A stretch of DNA of 64,000 nucleotides from the human T2T-CHM13v2.0 reference genome, Homo sapiens. Below, piece after piece: positions 59,481-64,000 of this stretch (position 1 is its first letter; every line of letters starts with the position of its first letter). The translations under genes and the position numbers were made by a program. The notes beneath the pieces are model-generated. The model did not search any database, was not told where the DNA came from, and saw only the letters and a program-made list of their open reading frames with translations. The stretch is from assembly GCF_009914755.1 (NCBI RefSeq), contig NC_060926.1. One strand, given 5' to 3'.

Positions 59481-60572
59481 TTAATTGAATTGAACTTCAG
59501 CCTCATCTCAAATAAAACTTTCTCCATTGAAGCATTTTCTGATCTTCTGTTAAATATGTCTCTTTCTTCTCTTAAGTGCTGTGATTCTAATTCTTTTATG
59601 CTTCTGATTTTATTTTTATATTATAATTCATATACAAAAACATCACTCTCAATACACATTGCATAATACTTGATGGCAAGAAGATTGTGGTTTCTGGCAT
59701 ATTCTCTAGAGTCAGTTGCATATCACATGAACTCAAATATTAAATAGATTTTATATATTTCAGCAATCTTTAAATATATACATATTAATATTTTAAATTC
59801 CTACACTCAAACTTACATGGTCAAATTTGGTACCAAATTTACAACACTGTGTGATTTCTCTATAGGATCCTAAGCTTCAAAACTATAACAAAACTTGAGA
59901 GTGGTTATATTTAGATGTCACTATAAAATCATTTTAGTTTTATTTTTAAATGTGAATTTTTGAGTTACACATTTCTCATAATTCAAAAACAAACATTTTG
60001 AAAATAGGATATACAGTATTTACAACATGATTGCTATAAATTCATTTGAGTCTCATAAAACCTCTGCTCTGAAACTTAGCATATTAATAATATGATTAGA
60101 TCCAAAAACACATGGCTAACTTATGACCAAGAAAGGCAAATTTTAGCTACCTATGAACAATCTAAATGATCTTTCCCTCTCAATATAATACTATTGTCAT
60201 TATTACAAAATTAAATTGTTCTTGAATACTTTTGAAGTAAAAAAATAAAGCAACAATTCTGTTTTATTCAACAGAGAAATAGTGCAATGTGTTATTGTAA
60301 CCTGACTTGTATCTTACTTGTAAAGTACTGGAAATTATTATTTTAAATTACGATGTTAGATTAGATTTTCTGCAGCTTACTGTATTGTAATGTAATATAA
60401 TTGCTAAATGCAAATGAGATACTGTACAGCTTTCCCATAGAGTTGTTCATGAAAGCCAAGCATTTTACATATTACAGTGAAGAGCATGTTATTAAGAAAC
60501 AAATTATAATGAAGCTTAACTTAGTATGAAGACCAGATACTGTAGCTTTATAATGGGTAACAGTATAGTAGG

Positions 60573-60574
<2 letters not shown>

Positions 60575-60605
<31 letters not shown>
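60575..60605. repeat. (TG)(TA)n microsatellite
   Basis: Seen directly. Confidence 0.9.
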
Positions 60606-60606
<1 letters not shown>

Positions 60607-61941
60607 AGTCAACTACCCAGTGAAAAATTCATTTATCAAGAACATTAATTATGGCAGGAGTGATAGCACTGTACTTAAAGATTTTCACTTGTTCCCATTA
60701 CTGGATGTTGGAGTTACCCATGAGAGTTATTTTAGCTTCCAAACACTGACCAATGTTCTGTGCCTAATAAAGCCTGGGACTCATCATACCCCAGGGAGAT
60801 GTGAAGGAAGTAAATTCTGTCTGGCAACTTTCAGGATAAAGTCTTTATTTCATTCATCTGTAACTAGTATTAATTGCTAATTACTTTTTCACATGTGAAT
60901 ATCTTTTCTTTTCAACTGTGTTCTAAGTTCATGAAGACAAGCGCTATACCTTACACTCTTTCTTCGTCACCCTCAGTTATACAGGAAAGTTGATTTGGAA
61001 TCAGCCCACCAAATCTGTCTGTAACTAGCTATACAAGATGGGGAATTAATTTAATCTCCTTGCAGATAATTTTTTCTCTAAAAAATAGGTTGCTCCAGAT
61101 GACCTCTAAAGTCTCTTAAAAATCAAATATTCTGTGACGTATGATCTCAAAAGTGTTCAGAAAAATAACTGTGAACTGCTTAAATACAGTAAAAAAAATA
61201 TTTTTAGAAACCAAGGTGCTATGGGGGAAACGTGTATAAATACACAAATAATAAAATCAAAAACAATGGCATTATTTAAATTATAATATTCTGGGAACTC
61301 TCAAAACCATCCTTGAAGTTGTTGAGGATAATCATGTAATTGTCATCCAATCACATTGTAGCATTTGGTTCTGCCTAAGACATCCCATCTTTGTACATTT
61401 GTGAGGAAAGCATTTTTGAGAGAAGAGGAAGGTGAAACCACAGCAATTAGTACTACAAATATCAAAATGGCCTACAAATTATAAAACAAAACTTCTCAAA
61501 GATATGTTTCTTACTCTTTCTAATCATAGTGTTCATTAAATAAAGCATAATAATATTTAAAAAAAAAAAAAAGAAAAGAGCAGAGACACCAAATGGGTTT
61601 GTTGCAGTGCAGAAGAAACCAGCTCAAAAGCAATTTATTATTAATGCCTGAATATTCTTGCTAAACAGTTCTGATTATTTCACAAGAAAGAGGTCAAGGT
61701 AGTGGAGAAAGGGATTTAATCAAATAAACTCTCAATCTCTCTCCAAATAGCATTTTCATCCAGCTGCATGTAAATTCATCAGATGACTAGCCTCCAAAAG
61801 CACAGGCAAGGTTAATCTGCTATGACTGTTAAAACTTCTATGATATGCCTATTGAATAAAGATTTAAAATGGGATGAGCCATGCAAGTTACCCCAAATCA
61901 GATTTTTTTTTGCTCATAAAATACATGATATATCCACTGTT

Positions 61942-61998
61942 AAAAACAAACAAACGAACAAATAAGCCAAATTCTTTTCATCTAAGTTAGAGTTTATT
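61942..61998 (-). terminator. Putative cleavage/polyadenylation site
   Basis: Minus strand reads AATAAA (61998-61993) ctctaacttagatgaaaagaatttggctta, then GU/U-rich TTTGTTCGTTTGTTTGTTTTT. Confidence 0.6.
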
Positions 61999-64000
61999 AC
62001 GATTTCTTAAAAAGGGATCTTGATGATGTGTAGTTTTCATTTATCATGATTTTTAGGAGTAGCTGGCCTCAGGTTCCAGGAATCCTAAATACACTTATCC
62101 TGTCTGGAATCAGCTTAAAAACTTTAACATGTCAAAAATCAAAAAAGAGAAGGTTACAATAAGTGTTAAAATATTTTTTAAAGTCATGCTGATTTACTTT
62201 TACTTATATGAAGATTATAAAATGAATTGTATTGTTTTCCGAAGGTAATATTGCTGGCAAATGTTATCACGTACATACATTTGATGATTTATTACTTAAA
62301 AGGTAAATTTAATTTTCATTTATGTTTTTCAAGAGAAAAAATAGATGAACACAACATCAGCAAAGAGGTATATTCGTGTGCATTTTCATAAATAAGAAAA
62401 ATGCACAGTATAGATAAGATTTTGCTGATTTATTTTTGCCTGCTTCATGCTCCATGAAACTTTATAATTGTGTATAAATATATTGCAAGAGTTAAAATTA
62501 TGTTTTCAAATATGGCAAGGTATTCCAACATGTTTTACTTGGAGGATGAAGAATTCTAAATTCATTTTCTTTAAAAAAATGAATTATGCTATATAGATTT
62601 GTTTCTATAGTTTTAAAAAATGTAAATGCAGAAATGACCTTTGACAAAAATATATATAATTTACCCTCAGTAATAAGTAATTTAAGTGGTATTTCCAAAC
62701 GAAGCAAATGTCACGATAATAAACATATATATGAAGGCTTTTAAAGAATCCATGATATCTTTACTATCTGAATGCTCAATTTGTCAATTTTTTTATATTT
62801 ATAATTTTAAAATCCATATGAAAATATACTACACCATGTAAATGTTTAGTTCAGTCTATGGCTACATCAATAATCCTTAAAATACCTTTCTTTCCTGCCA
62901 AATTTATAAGATTTGCTTTATATTGCGTATTTTATTTCTATACTTAAAAAATCATGCAGCAGTTAATAAATCTTCTTCAGAAGAATTAAAGTGTTTTTTT
63001 CTGCTGGCATTCTTTGCCCTCTAAGCTCTCAGCACCTTTCTTGAATCTTAGACGCCATTTTACATGAGGACAATTTCTAAAAAGCAAAATACAACTGTCT
63101 AATTAAGGGCTGTATGATTGGCTAGTTCGCGGTCTCTGTGACAGTTGTGACAAATACACATATTGGCACAGCCCTAACCTCACTTCACAGTTTGCAACAC
63201 AAAGATGGTATTTTCAGAAATGTGGAGAACACTCTGATACAAAGCTTCACCTTGTCTAGTGCTATTCCATTTAATTTTTTATTAACTGCCTGAACATATG
63301 CCATTCTAGAAGAGGGTAATAGTTACAAAATGTCAGCAGAAACATTTAAACTGCTAAAATGTAAATGATTTTATAAATTTGTAATGAAAGGTAATTGTCA
63401 TGTGGGAAAAGTAACAGGAAAACAGACAAGTGTAAATGTAAAACTGGTAAAGAAAAAATACATCTTATTGGTTGTAGGTAGGAAAACCTAAGTATATTTT
63501 AATGAGTACTGTAAGTAGTATTTAAATAAAATTAGATTCATACACAGAAAATGTGAATTCTATAATATTTTATTTTATAACATTAGGAAAGTTCATAACA
63601 ATGACAAGAACTCATAGAACTTTAATGTGTTAAATTCAGAAAACAGTAGGACATTAAGATGTTTCACCTCATTTAAAAAAACAAATAAATCAAAAAAGGA
63701 TAATATAAATAAAAAGTGTCTTTGGTATCAGCACAATAGCTTTAAAGCACAATATTCAAATATGATTAGTGTGTTTCCTTAGTTTCCACCACAGTGAAAA
63801 ACAATTTAGTGATTAATCCCTTTAGCAACATAGTGCTGGGTCAGTGCTTTCAGATATGTCAAGAACGAGAAGACTCCGGCAAGGAATTGAGTATTTCCTC
63901 AGCCACCACACACAGCAACCACCTTCCAGTTAGGTTTGCGGGCAACCATCTTTAAATGCTTGAGCTGTTCTGCGTGGCCATGACAAGATTTGCAATTCTC
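61975..64000 (-). other. Putative terminal exon / 3'UTR of an unidentified minus-strand gene
   Basis: No recognisable repeats, U-rich on the minus strand, ends in AATAAA plus a downstream element; GC content rises at the window edge. Confidence 0.45.

Noticed and set aside
59823-59840. Perfect 18-bp palindrome aaatttggtaccaaattt; also a 10-bp stem at 48727-48752
   Set aside because: Short and AT-rich, so plausible by chance in 64 kb.

Overview
AT-rich, CpG-depleted primate genomic DNA. It is almost certainly human, because it carries a diagnostic AluYb8. The window is intergenic or intronic and mostly filled with transposon fossils (Alu, L1, L2, MIR, CR1, hAT DNA elements, an ERVL-like fragment) and simple repeats. 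None of the supplied ORFs looks like a real protein gene: they are Alu or L1 translations or chance ORFs. The last ~2 kb (61975-64000) has no recognisable repeats and ends in a canonical minus-strand poly(A) site, so it is probably the 3' end of a gene that lies mostly beyond the right edge; I cannot name the gene. The most unusual structure is a pair of adjacent near-perfect hairpins (22278-22485) interleaved with a duplicated spacer and (TA)n runs, which looks like a serial fold-back template-switch event. A similar inverted-flank signature surrounds the AT-rich tract at 32506-33012. Other notable items are a young AluYb8 with a perfect TSD, a twin-primed 5'-inverted L1 carrying two nested Alus, and a POU/octamer motif cluster. 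I cannot support a novel multi-gene system here. Repeat subfamily names come from recalled consensus sequences, and boundaries of old elements are approximate.
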